From assembly GCA_963729895.1 (NCBI GenBank), contig CAVSQB010000026.1, positions 111,881-175,880 of the forward strand: a stretch of DNA of 64,000 nucleotides, read 5' to 3'. The notes under the pieces are model-generated. The model was not told where the DNA came from. It saw nothing but the letters and a program-made list of their open reading frames with translations, and made no database searches. The position numbers and the translations under genes were made by a program. Positions 48,197 through 57,433 of the stretch are shown here, one piece after another. Positions within the stretch are counted from its first letter, which is position 1, and the number at the start of each line of letters is the position of its first letter. Origin of the DNA: an uncultured Fibrobacterota bacterium. Lineage in GTDB: Bacteria; Fibrobacterota; Chitinivibrionia; Chitinivibrionales; FEN-1185.

Positions 48197-49672
48197 ATGA
48201 AGCAAAAACCTTCGGTATCAATAGTTGTGCCTGCGTACAACGAAGAAGAGTTGATCGCCGAGTGCATTTTTTCGCTTAAACGGCAGGACTACGACGGCGA
48301 ATTCGAAATCATCGTCGTTGATAACGCCTGCACCGACCGGACGTCCTGCATCGCGGAGAATATGGGCGTAACCGTCGTCCACGAACGGAGGCAGGGGTAT
48401 GTTCATGCCCTTCGCGCGGGATTTTCCGCCGCAACGGGCGACATCATCGCCTGCACCGATGCAGACACCATGGCCCCGCCTTCCTGGCTGTCAAAAATCC
48501 TTACAAATCTCTCCAAGCCCGGTATTGTCGCGTGCAGCGGCGTTTTTACGTTCCACGACGGCCCTCCGCTGTTGCGGTTCATAGGCAAAGTGTGCGGATG
48601 CATGAATTATCATCTTGCCGGCGCAAATATGGCGGTATGGCGCTCCGTATACATCCGTAGCGGCGGTTTTAATCCACGGGTGAACATGGGAGCCGATGTA
48701 GAGTTGGGACAGCGCATCCAACGTCTTGGGAAACTCCATATAGACAGGAAACTGGTGGTGAAGACTTCGGGACGAAGGTTCCAATTTGCCTTTTTCCAGA
48801 CATTGTGGTTGTATTACCTCAACGATCTTTCTCTGTATCTCTTCAAGCGCCCCGCGTTTTACAATTTTCCTAACATCAGAAGAGCGCAGTACGCTGTCGC
48901 GGCGTCGCGGTTCAGCTTTGCAAGGTACGCGGTGGCGGCGTGCGCGGTCGCATGTTTCCTTTTTGTCACCGAAAACACCGAGAACAAGCTGTTCGGGTCT
49001 GTTCTGGCCCACGGACAGCAAGACAAGCCTCTCGTGGCGCTCACCTTCGACGACGGCCCGAGCATGTTCACGCGGCAGATCCTCGATACGCTGTCGAAAT
49101 ACGACGTAAAAGCCACGTTCTTTCTGGTCGGCCTCAACGTGGAACGCCATCCCGACATCGCAAAGCGGATCGTGGCCGAAGGCCACACCGTGGGCAACCA
49201 CACCTATTCGCATCCATTCTGGGGACCGGTGGAAATGCCCGACAAGATCCGCACCGAACTTGACAAAGCGGCTTCCGCGATCCGCAAGGCGTGCGGCGTG
49301 GATCCCGAGTATTTCAGGCCTCCGCACGGCTGGCGAAGCCCGTGGATGATGAGCCTTGCAAGGCAGGAACACTATACCGTCGTCACTTGGACGGTATCTC
49401 CGGACGACTGGCAGCGCGTATCGGCAAAAACCATTGAGCAGCGGGTGCTATCGAAAACAGGGGGCGGCTCAATCATACTTCTGCACGACGGCATGGAAAC
49501 AAGGCCCAACCCGCAGCGTCAGTGTACGGTGCAGGCCCTTCCGAACATCATTCGCGACCTCAAGGACCGCGGATACTCTTTTGTGACCATCCCCGAACTC
49601 ATCCGTTCTTCAAAACAATCCATCCCCCAGACCCTCGCGCACTTCTCCAGTGTTCCCACGCCGGTGGAATAA
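48197..49672 (+). CDS. GT2 glycosyltransferase fused to a NodB polysaccharide deacetylase
   Basis: VPAYNEE, VDN, TDAD; then LTFDDGP, GNHTYSH, FRPPHG, ILLHDG. Confidence 0.92.
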   Translation: MKQKPSVSIVVPAYNEEELIAECIFSLKRQDYDGEFEIIVVDNACTDRTSCIAENMGVTVVHERRQGYVHALRAGFSAATGDIIACTDADTMAPPSWLSKILTNLSKPGIVACSGVFTFHDGPPLLRFIGKVCGCMNYHLAGANMAVWRSVYIRSGGFNPRVNMGADVELGQRIQRLGKLHIDRKLVVKTSGRRFQFAFFQTLWLYYLNDLSLYLFKRPAFYNFPNIRRAQYAVAASRFSFARYAVAACAVACFLFVTENTENKLFGSVLAHGQQDKPLVALTFDDGPSMFTRQILDTLSKYDVKATFFLVGLNVERHPDIAKRIVAEGHTVGNHTYSHPFWGPVEMPDKIRTELDKAASAIRKACGVDPEYFRPPHGWRSPWMMSLARQEHYTVVTWTVSPDDWQRVSAKTIEQRVLSKTGGGSIILLHDGMETRPNPQRQCTVQALPNIIRDLKDRGYSFVTIPELIRSSKQSIPQTLAHFSSVPTPVE

Positions 49673-49722
49673 AGAAGAACTGTAGATTGCGGATTGTAGA
49701 TTAATTATTAACAAATGCGACT

Positions 49723-49766
49723 GGGCGTTCCCTGGATTTGCAGAGGCGAACGGTCGTGCCTAACGC
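49723..49766 (+). repeat. Family A, short copy
   Basis: GGGCGTTCCC..GGTCGTGCCTAACGC plus the 3' tail CAAGAACGCA.AGGTATT shared with the 21283 copy. Confidence 0.7.
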
Positions 49767-49850
49767 AAGAAACAAGAACGCAGAGGTATTTTAGGTTTCC
49801 CTCTCAGTGGTGTAGCTGCGTCCGGAAGACCAAGGGCACTGTATTTGGTA

Positions 49851-50073
49851 TTGCATTTTGTTAACCGGGTGCCGCTACGGTGCGCGCAACTGAGGGTACG
49901 GGCTTGCAGCAGGTACACCCACGCCGCACCGGCTCAGCAAACCAAAACTGAATTATCTATTTATCGCTGCACCCGCTGAGCAATCCATAATATCATTTGG
50001 ATATTTGCTGCACCGGCTCGGCAATCCAAAATCAGATTCAATGTATCTAGCTTGCACCGCGGCGGGGCGCCCA
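49851..50073 (-). repeat. Full family B copy preceded by a tandem array of its 5' end (period 41-43 bp)
   Basis: Plus-strand units start at 49923, 49966, 50007 and (degenerate) 50050. Confidence 0.75.
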
Positions 50074-50106
50074 GATTCTTTTCTAGATGTTGGTGAGCGA
50101 AGCCCG

Positions 50107-51657
50107 TTACTTTCCCTGAGTATACGACCGGATCAACGCCAGTTTCTCCTCCCTCTCCGCAACCATGGCGTTTACCGACAGCGAAAACGCGTGCATGGTC
50201 AAAAGAAAAATAACCGCGCGTTCCGGCGCCACGGTTTTTGTGCGGACCAGCGAAAACAGGTACAAGAACAACCGCCGCCGCCATTTGTCTTTTGTCAATA
50301 CATATACCCTCGCCAGCAGCAGCCCCAGCCTGATCTTGTCGGCCGCGGAAACGTCTTTGTCCTTTTTGGGCCTGGCGAACCAGCCTGCCCCGAAAAGTGC
50401 GCGCGTTTTTTCGTAGATCGCGTCGAACCGGTACACCTTTTGAATGGTATCGATAAATGCATTATATAATGTCAATGGCCCAAGAGACGGGTGCCGGACC
50501 GACGGAAGCAGGCCGCCGTTGATTTCGGATGGAATGGCGTACAGGCGCCCCTCTTTCTTCATGCGCTGTTCGAGGCGGGTCCCGGGCGGGGCGGCCAGGA
50601 AACTGAGAGCGGTAAACGGAAGCGGTGCATCCGCGCTGAACCGGCACAACCGTTCGAAATCTTCCACCGTGTCGTTGTCAAACCCCATGATAAAGGTGGC
50701 CTGTACATGGATACCCGCGGCATTGATTCTTTGAATGGCGGTTTTGTAGTCCTTCCGGAGATTGTGGTGTTTCCCGACCTTTTCCAGGTTCCCGCTGTTC
50801 AGCGACTCAAACCCGATGAGAATATTTTCGCACCCTGCTGCGGCCATGGCATCCAGCAGCGCGGGATCGTCTCCTATGTCGATGCTGGCCTGACAGAACC
50901 ATGAGATGCCCATTCCCCGCAGTCCTTGCACGAGTTCCCGGGCAAACCTGCGGTTTATGGTGATATTGTCGTCCACGAAGAAGACCCGCTTGATGGGAAG
51001 TGATGCAAGTTCCGCCAGCACGTTGTCGACGTCCCGTACCCGCACCGTGCGGCCGAAGTTTGCCGTCACGTTGCAGAATTCGCAATTGTAAGGGCACCCA
51101 CGGGAAGCCTGGACGGGTAGGGAAAGGTATGCTCCCATGTCGAGAAGATCCCAGCGGGGGATCGCCGACGCGGCAAAAGGAATAAGGTCCTTGGAAGTAT
51201 AGGCTCTTTGCAAAGCATTGCCCTCAAAATCCTTCAACAGGCCGGACCACACCCCTTCGGCCTCGCCCACGACCACCGCATCCGCATGCTTCAGCGCCTC
51301 CTCGACCGTCGTTGCGGTCAGATGGGGCCCTCCAAAAACGACTTTTGCCCCGCACGTTCGGAAACGATCGGCAAGCGCATATGCCCGTGCGGACGTGGGG
51401 GTGACCAGTTTCATGGCGACCAGTTTTGCGGTAATTGTCTCGGGATCGATGGGAGCAATGTCCTCGTCCCACACGATCATCGAATAGGCGTCCGGCGTGA
51501 GGGCCGCCAAGAGCGCAAGCGACAACGGCGGCAGGCTGTTCTTCTTGCGCATCAACCTCACGAGTTCGGGCTGGGTGAAATAGTGGCTGAAAGGGTGCAG
51601 CGGGTTCACAAATAAGATATCGCACCCCTTGCCCGCCCTTGAGTTCGGCCGCGTCAC
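50107..51657 (-). CDS. Cobalamin-binding radical SAM protein
   Basis: GGPH, GEAE, SRGCPYNCEFC, FVDDN, IGFES. Confidence 0.9.
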   Translation of the reverse strand: MTRPNSRAGKGCDILFVNPLHPFSHYFTQPELVRLMRKKNSLPPLSLALLAALTPDAYSMIVWDEDIAPIDPETITAKLVAMKLVTPTSARAYALADRFRTCGAKVVFGGPHLTATTVEEALKHADAVVVGEAEGVWSGLLKDFEGNALQRAYTSKDLIPFAASAIPRWDLLDMGAYLSLPVQASRGCPYNCEFCNVTANFGRTVRVRDVDNVLAELASLPIKRVFFVDDNITINRRFARELVQGLRGMGISWFCQASIDIGDDPALLDAMAAAGCENILIGFESLNSGNLEKVGKHHNLRKDYKTAIQRINAAGIHVQATFIMGFDNDTVEDFERLCRFSADAPLPFTALSFLAAPPGTRLEQRMKKEGRLYAIPSEINGGLLPSVRHPSLGPLTLYNAFIDTIQKVYRFDAIYEKTRALFGAGWFARPKKDKDVSAADKIRLGLLLARVYVLTKDKWRRRLFLYLFSLVRTKTVAPERAVIFLLTMHAFSLSVNAMVAEREEKLALIRSYTQGK

Positions 51658-51672
51658 GTGGAGGCTCCATTC

Positions 51673-52872
51673 CTACGGTGGCGATTGTGTATCAAGCGCG
51701 TTCCTCAGAATGGCAAGCCCCTCCCGCATTTCTTCCCGCGAAACGGTGAGCGCGGGGAAAAGCCTGATGACGTTTCCCTGCTTCACGTTGAGAATGAGGC
51801 CGTCGCGCAGACATCGCGACGAAACACCGGCTGCGATTTCCTTCGTCGCAACCTGCAGGGCGATAAGGAGTCCCTTCCCGCGCACGCCGGTGATGAGCGC
51901 AGGATCCTTGGCGCGCCACGTCCTGAGCTCGGCGATTGTTTCGGCGCCGACGGCTTCCACATGGCTTTGGATATCGTTGTCGAGCAAATACTTGATAACT
52001 GAACGTGAAACCGCGCACCCCAGCGGGTTTCCGCAGTACGTGCCTCCATGGTCGCCTCTTTCAAATTTGGCCGCGACCTCTTCGGTAACGGCAAACGCGG
52101 CGAACGGAAAACCGCCCGCGATCCCCTTTGCCATGGTGAGAAAGTCGATGGCCACTCCGGGCAGGGCCGAGGCAAAGAAAGGACCCGTTCTGCAGAAGCC
52201 GGTTTGTATTTCGTCAACTATGAGGAACACGCCGTGCTCGCGGCAGAGCTCCGACACCTTCTGCAGATAGCCGTCGTCGGGTACGATTACGCCGCCCTCC
52301 CCCTGAATCGGTTCGAGGATAACTGCGGCAATTTCATTCTTGATGACCCGGGCGATTGCGTCTACATCGTTAAACGGCACAAACAGGTAGTTGGGCATGA
52401 GCGGGTTGTACTTTTCCCGGTGAATCGCCTGACCGGTTGCCGAGGCGGTGCTTATCGTTCGCCCGTGGAAACTCTGCTCCATGGACACCACATTGAGCTT
52501 GCCCGAGACCTTGCGCGCAAGCTTTATGGCGGCATCGTTTACTTCCGCGCCGCTGCTCCCGAAGAAGATGCGGGTGAGGCCGTGCGGCAAAATACCGGCG
52601 AGAAGCGACAGCAGTTCGGCGCGCACGGGCGAATAGGTGAGCCCGGAGTTGGGATTCTGGATGATCTTCTTCCCCTGGTTGACAAGGGCCTCGGTGATAA
52701 CCGGGTTTGCATGCCCAATGCACGTCACGCCCCAACCGGCGGTGAAATCGAGGTACCGTTTTCCCGCGTCGTCCCAGACGCAGACGCCCTCGCCGCGTTC
52801 TATGGTCAGTTTCGTCCTGTCGAAAAACGGTGCGAGAAATCTGTCTTCGAGGGCGATGGTATTGGTTTTCAT
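51673..52872 (-). CDS. argD: Acetylornithine aminotransferase-type class III aminotransferase
   Basis: SGAEVND, SFHGRT, EPIQGEGG, DEIQTGFCRTG, AKGIAGG, HGGTYCGNPL. Confidence 0.8.
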   Translation of the reverse strand: MKTNTIALEDRFLAPFFDRTKLTIERGEGVCVWDDAGKRYLDFTAGWGVTCIGHANPVITEALVNQGKKIIQNPNSGLTYSPVRAELLSLLAGILPHGLTRIFFGSSGAEVNDAAIKLARKVSGKLNVVSMEQSFHGRTISTASATGQAIHREKYNPLMPNYLFVPFNDVDAIARVIKNEIAAVILEPIQGEGGVIVPDDGYLQKVSELCREHGVFLIVDEIQTGFCRTGPFFASALPGVAIDFLTMAKGIAGGFPFAAFAVTEEVAAKFERGDHGGTYCGNPLGCAVSRSVIKYLLDNDIQSHVEAVGAETIAELRTWRAKDPALITGVRGKGLLIALQVATKEIAAGVSSRCLRDGLILNVKQGNVIRLFPALTVSREEMREGLAILRNALDTQSPP

Positions 52873-54248
52873 TTTCCGAAAAACTTCCTTACCTGGTCGA
52901 TGACGTTGTTGACCGCCCTTTCCTGTATCTTTCTGTCTATGTCGATGTGCGGGTTTGCGAGGGTTCCGTGCACGGTGCACTTGAACGATTTCTTTCCGTC
53001 TGCCTCGTCGTCAAGTGAATTGGCTATCACCGGATGAAAGTCCTTTACCAGGTCCCGGGCGAAAATCCCGTTCATCTTTTGGGAGAAATAGCCGTCGAAC
53101 CCGACCCAGCCCTCGCTGCGCACTTCGAACGGATAGCCGTCGCCCCTGATATTCGGGGTTAACACTTTCCCGCCGCCGACGTCCAGATCGGCGGTGATTC
53201 CGGAAAAGGTGATGTTCTTTATCTGCGGCACCGCAACAAACACAAGGAGGCCGCTTTGCAGAGGCGAATCGCGCACCACAACGTCGGAGAGTTTGACGTG
53301 CCCGTTTCCTTTGAGGGAATCGGGCGACAGGTCGCTCTGCTCAAGCGAAATATCGGCGTCGAGCCGCCCCTCGCACCGGCCCTTACGGATCCGGAACGCC
53401 TCGTACAGGTTCGTCATGTTGACATGAGAAAGTCCCGCCTTGAACCGTTCCAGCGTGTGCTCGCCCAGGTCCGCCTCACCCGAGGCGGACAAGGTCCCGC
53501 CGTAAAAATCGCCCTTGCAGCGTTCCAGCGTCACCGTGAGATCGGATATCCGGACGGCCGCGCGGAACTCATCAACGTTCCACATGCCGCCCGCGGTCAA
53601 CCGGTCCGCAGAAACGTTGCCGGCACAGGTAAGCCGCTGCTTGTAGCCCACGCTCATCCGGACGTCAATGCCCGTGCCGGCAACTAGGCTTTTCCCTCCC
53701 TGCTGTACCGTCAAAGCCCCGGACCGCACCGAAATATTCTGGACAATTACGGCAAACGGGATCCCGGACAGCAGCTCCCTGGCGTCTTCGACCGAAAACG
53801 GCCGCGCGTGCCGCCGGGGAGCGGCAGTAGAGGCAAGCACGAGGCTGACCTGCGGTTCATCAAGGGCGAAATCCTTGATCACCGCGCACCGGAACAGCAG
53901 TGGGATTATACGGTATGAGAGACGCACGCGGGGGACCTTTGCGTCAATCTGCACCGGCCCGTCCTTCTTTGTCAACTCCAGTCCGTCAATTGAAAGCCCG
54001 AGCCACGGCGTAAACGACGCTCCCTCAATCGAACACGAGGCGGCCCCGGTTTTCCGCACCAGGCGCTCCGCGCTGCGTTTGAGCCCGTCAAACGAGAACG
54101 GAATGAATCCTGCGGCGATGATGAGGCCGAGCGGAATTCCGAGCCATACAAGGAGATTCCGCACAAGCCTTGTGTGCCGCGAATACCACGACACAACGGC
54201 GCGCCGGTAAAATCCTTCGAGATGCCTGGGGCGGGTGAAAATGTCCAT
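52869..54248 (-). CDS. AsmA-family protein
   Basis: N-terminal TM segment, beta-rich repeats, FYGG.L.., GTLANP near the C-terminus. Confidence 0.75.
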   Translation of the reverse strand: MDIFTRPRHLEGFYRRAVVSWYSRHTRLVRNLLVWLGIPLGLIIAAGFIPFSFDGLKRSAERLVRKTGAASCSIEGASFTPWLGLSIDGLELTKKDGPVQIDAKVPRVRLSYRIIPLLFRCAVIKDFALDEPQVSLVLASTAAPRRHARPFSVEDARELLSGIPFAVIVQNISVRSGALTVQQGGKSLVAGTGIDVRMSVGYKQRLTCAGNVSADRLTAGGMWNVDEFRAAVRISDLTVTLERCKGDFYGGTLSASGEADLGEHTLERFKAGLSHVNMTNLYEAFRIRKGRCEGRLDADISLEQSDLSPDSLKGNGHVKLSDVVVRDSPLQSGLLVFVAVPQIKNITFSGITADLDVGGGKVLTPNIRGDGYPFEVRSEGWVGFDGYFSQKMNGIFARDLVKDFHPVIANSLDDEADGKKSFKCTVHGTLANPHIDIDRKIQERAVNNVIDQVRKFFGK

Positions 54249-54382
54249 ACTTGCTTTCCGAGGTCCGGAAGTCTCCCTCTCTCTTGACGGCGCTTCTCCC
54301 CTCACAGGGCTTCAATATATTTTTGGAGTACAAGGTTTCCCAAAGCCCAACAAAAATAATCTTTGCTCGGCGCGATTCTAGT

Positions 54383-55816
54383 ATGGCGGCAGTTCCACCA
54401 AAGAAAACCGTTCTTTTCGTCTCGCTCAACGCGTTGTCGAAAACAGCGTCGCCGGACGAAGGCGCTCTCGCCGGCTTTCACCTGCTGTCGGCGCAGTCTC
54501 CCTCCCAGGCGCTTTCGCTCCTGGAACGGGAGAAGATCGACATCGTGTTTCTTGACATAGAGGCGATGCCGGCCCAGGAAATGGACCTGGTCCATTACAT
54601 CAAGACCCGGTCGCCGCACGCCGAGGTGGTTGTCCTCGCCACCATGAACGATCTGGACGCGGCGACGCGGGCGCTGCGCAACGGCGCGTCGTTCTACCTC
54701 ATGAAGCCGGTGCGGCCAGCCGACCTGAAGGCCGCGGCCGACAAGCTCTCCGCAAAAGTCGACAATCTGCAGGAATACCGCGAGCTCGAACAGCGGCTGC
54801 TTGCAGACCTGATGGCCGGCAGCCCCTCCATGCAGAAGCTCCTCAAGCTTGCCATGAAGATAGCGCCGACGTCGTCCACGGTACTCATCTCGGGCGAGAG
54901 CGGCACGGGCAAGGAGTTTTTTGCGCGCATCATTCACCACATGTCGCGCAGGACAGACGGCAAATTCGTGGCCGTCAATTGCGGCGCGATTCCCGACACG
55001 CTGTTCGAAAGCGAGATGTTCGGCCATGTCAAGGGATCATTCACCGGAGCAGATCGCGACCGCGTGGGCCTTGTGGAGGAAGCCCATCTGGGCACCTTGT
55101 TCCTCGACGAAGTCGGCGAGCTGTCTGCGCCGGCACAGGTCAAGCTGCTGCGGTTCCTGCAGGAGCGCACCTTCAAGCGCATCGGCGAGAACACGCAGCG
55201 GACGGTCAACGTTCGTATCATCGCTGCGACCAACAGAGACGTCAACGGCCTTGTCGCCGGCGGCACGCTCAGGGAAGACCTGTTTTACCGGCTCAACGTC
55301 TTCAGCATGCACCTGCCGCCGCTCCGCGAGCGGAAGGAGACCATTCCCAACCTGGTCAAGCTGTTTATCCACAAGAACAACGATATGCTCGACAAGAACA
55401 TCTCCCGGGTGTCACCCGCTGCGGAGGCGGTCCTTGCCAATTACGACTATCCCGGAAATGTGCGGGAATTGGAAAACATCATCGAACATGCCGCGGTGCT
55501 CGCCGAAAGCCTCGACATAACGGAAAAGGACCTGCCCGACTTCATGTTCAAGAACAGGCTGCTCATCGAGGGGCCCGGAAAATCGTTATCGGCCGGCGAG
55601 CCCCTTCGTCCGGAACACGGCGGCATCGAGCCGCTCCAGACCATTGAGCGCGAGTATATCCGGCAGACGCTCGAGACACTCCGGTTCAACTATTCCGAGA
55701 CCGCACGGAAGCTCGGGATTTCCCGGTCCACGCTCTGGCGCAAAATCCGCGAGTACAAGCTCGACCGGAAGGTCACTGCAGACGCCGCCCCGCCCCAGCC
55801 GGAGCACGCCGCATGA
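54383..55816 (+). CDS. Sigma54-dependent activator (NtrC/AtoC family)
   Basis: Receiver domain, GESGTGKE, ESEMFGH, GSFTGA, LFLDEV, YPGNVRELEN, Fis HTH LGISRSTLWRK. Confidence 0.93.
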   Translation: MAAVPPKKTVLFVSLNALSKTASPDEGALAGFHLLSAQSPSQALSLLEREKIDIVFLDIEAMPAQEMDLVHYIKTRSPHAEVVVLATMNDLDAATRALRNGASFYLMKPVRPADLKAAADKLSAKVDNLQEYRELEQRLLADLMAGSPSMQKLLKLAMKIAPTSSTVLISGESGTGKEFFARIIHHMSRRTDGKFVAVNCGAIPDTLFESEMFGHVKGSFTGADRDRVGLVEEAHLGTLFLDEVGELSAPAQVKLLRFLQERTFKRIGENTQRTVNVRIIAATNRDVNGLVAGGTLREDLFYRLNVFSMHLPPLRERKETIPNLVKLFIHKNNDMLDKNISRVSPAAEAVLANYDYPGNVRELENIIEHAAVLAESLDITEKDLPDFMFKNRLLIEGPGKSLSAGEPLRPEHGGIEPLQTIEREYIRQTLETLRFNYSETARKLGISRSTLWRKIREYKLDRKVTADAAPPQPEHAA

Positions 55817-56217
55817 ACCCACACACCAATCATGTGCACATAAGGATTTACTACGAGGACACGGATTGCGGCAACGTGGTGTACTACGCCAATTACCTCA
55901 AGTACATGGAGCGCGGCAGGACCGAGGTCCTGCGGGATTTGGGGTTCAGTCTTGCCGATCTTCACAAGCAGGACACGCTGTTTGTGGTGGCGGAAGCCCG
56001 TGTCCGGTACCGTTGCCCGGCGCGGTACGACGACGTTCTCGACGTGGCCACCTCAATCACCGGCCACACGCCGGTCACCCTCACCTTCCACTACGAAATC
56101 GTCAACCAGCGCGGCGTAGTATGCGCGACCGGGGATGTAAAAGCGGCGTGCGTGGATGCCGCGGGAAAGGTGAAACGAATCCCTCGGGAAATCCTGGACA
56201 AACTCCTTGACGCTTAG
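55813..56217 (+). CDS. YbgC/FadM-family acyl-CoA thioesterase
   Basis: RIYYEDTDCGNVVYYANYLKYMERGRTE. Confidence 0.92.
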   Translation: MNPHTNHVHIRIYYEDTDCGNVVYYANYLKYMERGRTEVLRDLGFSLADLHKQDTLFVVAEARVRYRCPARYDDVLDVATSITGHTPVTLTFHYEIVNQRGVVCATGDVKAACVDAAGKVKRIPREILDKLLDA

Positions 56218-56331
56218 GATGTTTTCCTTTCGCCTCACCCTTCGGCAACGTCCCGACCCGTTACCCGGTTCTTTTCGAGCATAGTGACAAATAAGGCACG
56301 TGAACGATCACCGGCGCATCGCCCTGCCAAC

Positions 56332-56832
56332 TCATTTCGACAACCGTACTTCCACGGTGTCGCGGGGTTTGTCGACCGTGAGGCTGATCTCATGAAAACG
56401 CGGGGCGCGTATGCCGAGGCGGAACGGCCGCGAAAAGGCCATGGGTTCGGTGGGGTAGCCGAACAGGTTTGCGTCGAGGGTGCCGTTTGAGTTTACATCA
56501 TGATACACTACAAACGCGTAGTCGCCTGCAGGCAGCACCAGCGGCACGTATGCCGCGGGCTGCACCTTCGCTGTGTCGCACGCCACCCTGCGGCACACCA
56601 CGAATGAATCGTCGCTCAGGTAGTGGCGGTCGTTTTTGTAGACAGTGAGATCGATAAAGCCGCCCGCGTGCGTGATATTGCACACGCGCACCACAAGCGT
56701 GTCGGTTTCCGCGTGTGCCGGGGCAACGGCGAGCAGCAGGGCGAGCAGGGCCGGATGGTTCCTTAACAAACAGTACGCGCGCGTCCCGCAGTGCGCTCCC
56801 CGCTTGGCGTCCCGTGGGCGGACGGGCGTCAT
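56332..56832 (-). CDS. DUF2141-family exported protein
   Basis: [32 protein letters not shown]. Confidence 0.82.
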   Translation of the reverse strand: MTPVRPRDAKRGAHCGTRAYCLLRNHPALLALLLAVAPAHAETDTLVVRVCNITHAGGFIDLTVYKNDRHYLSDDSFVVCRRVACDTAKVQPAAYVPLVLPAGDYAFVVYHDVNSNGTLDANLFGYPTEPMAFSRPFRLGIRAPRFHEISLTVDKPRDTVEVRLSK

Positions 56833-57287
56833 GCGCGGACGTCCCTGGATAATCCCGGCATGGACGCGGCGGCAACGGCAAGACGGTCGCACCGTTCGTT
56901 CTGGGGATGACCGGCATGGCCGTTGACCCATTCAAACGCCACGTCGTGCTTTTCGCACAGTTCGAGCAATCGCTGCCACAGGTCCGGGTTAAGCGCGGGG
57001 TCTTTCCGGTTTCGTTTCCATCCGTTGGCGCGCCACTTTGCGGCCCAGCCTTTACTCATTGCGTCAACAACGTACCTAGAATCGGACACCACGGTCACCC
57101 GGCACCGCTCCTTGAGCGAGGAAAGCCCGGCAATGACGCCCATGAGCTCCATGCGGTTGTTCGTGGTGTCCCGGAATCCGGCCGACAGTTCTTTTTCCCT
57201 GCCGTCGTAGCTGAGGATGGCGCCGTACCCTCCGGGTCCGGGATTGCCGGAGCAGGCGCCGTCGGTGTAGAGGGTTATGTGTTTCAT
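56829..57287 (-). CDS. rnhA: Ribonuclease HI
   Basis: [37 protein letters not shown]. Confidence 0.97.
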   Translation of the reverse strand: MKHITLYTDGACSGNPGPGGYGAILSYDGREKELSAGFRDTTNNRMELMGVIAGLSSLKERCRVTVVSDSRYVVDAMSKGWAAKWRANGWKRNRKDPALNPDLWQRLLELCEKHDVAFEWVNGHAGHPQNERCDRLAVAAASMPGLSRDVRA

Positions 57288-57316
57288 GCAAATTTACCAA
57301 ATTAGAATTAAATTGT

Positions 57317-57338
57317 GGATTGCTGAGCGGGTGCAAGC
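57317..57338 (+). repeat. 5' fragment of family B
   Basis: GGATTGCTGAGCGGGTGCA is identical to the start of the 21936 copy. Confidence 0.7.
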
Positions 57339-57433
57339 GAACGTCCGGAAAGAAATATGGGCGTTTCCCTCGCTTCGCTCGGGCCGGTTCTCCTTCCAGC
57401 TCGGCCTCCAGCCTCGTTGCCGGACCGCCCTAG

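Noticed and set aside
49923..50073. Canonical CRISPR array
   Set aside because: Only 3-4 imperfect repeats, 16-18-nt spacers and no cas genes in the window; the repeat is the end of a dispersed element. Kept only as an unusual array finding.
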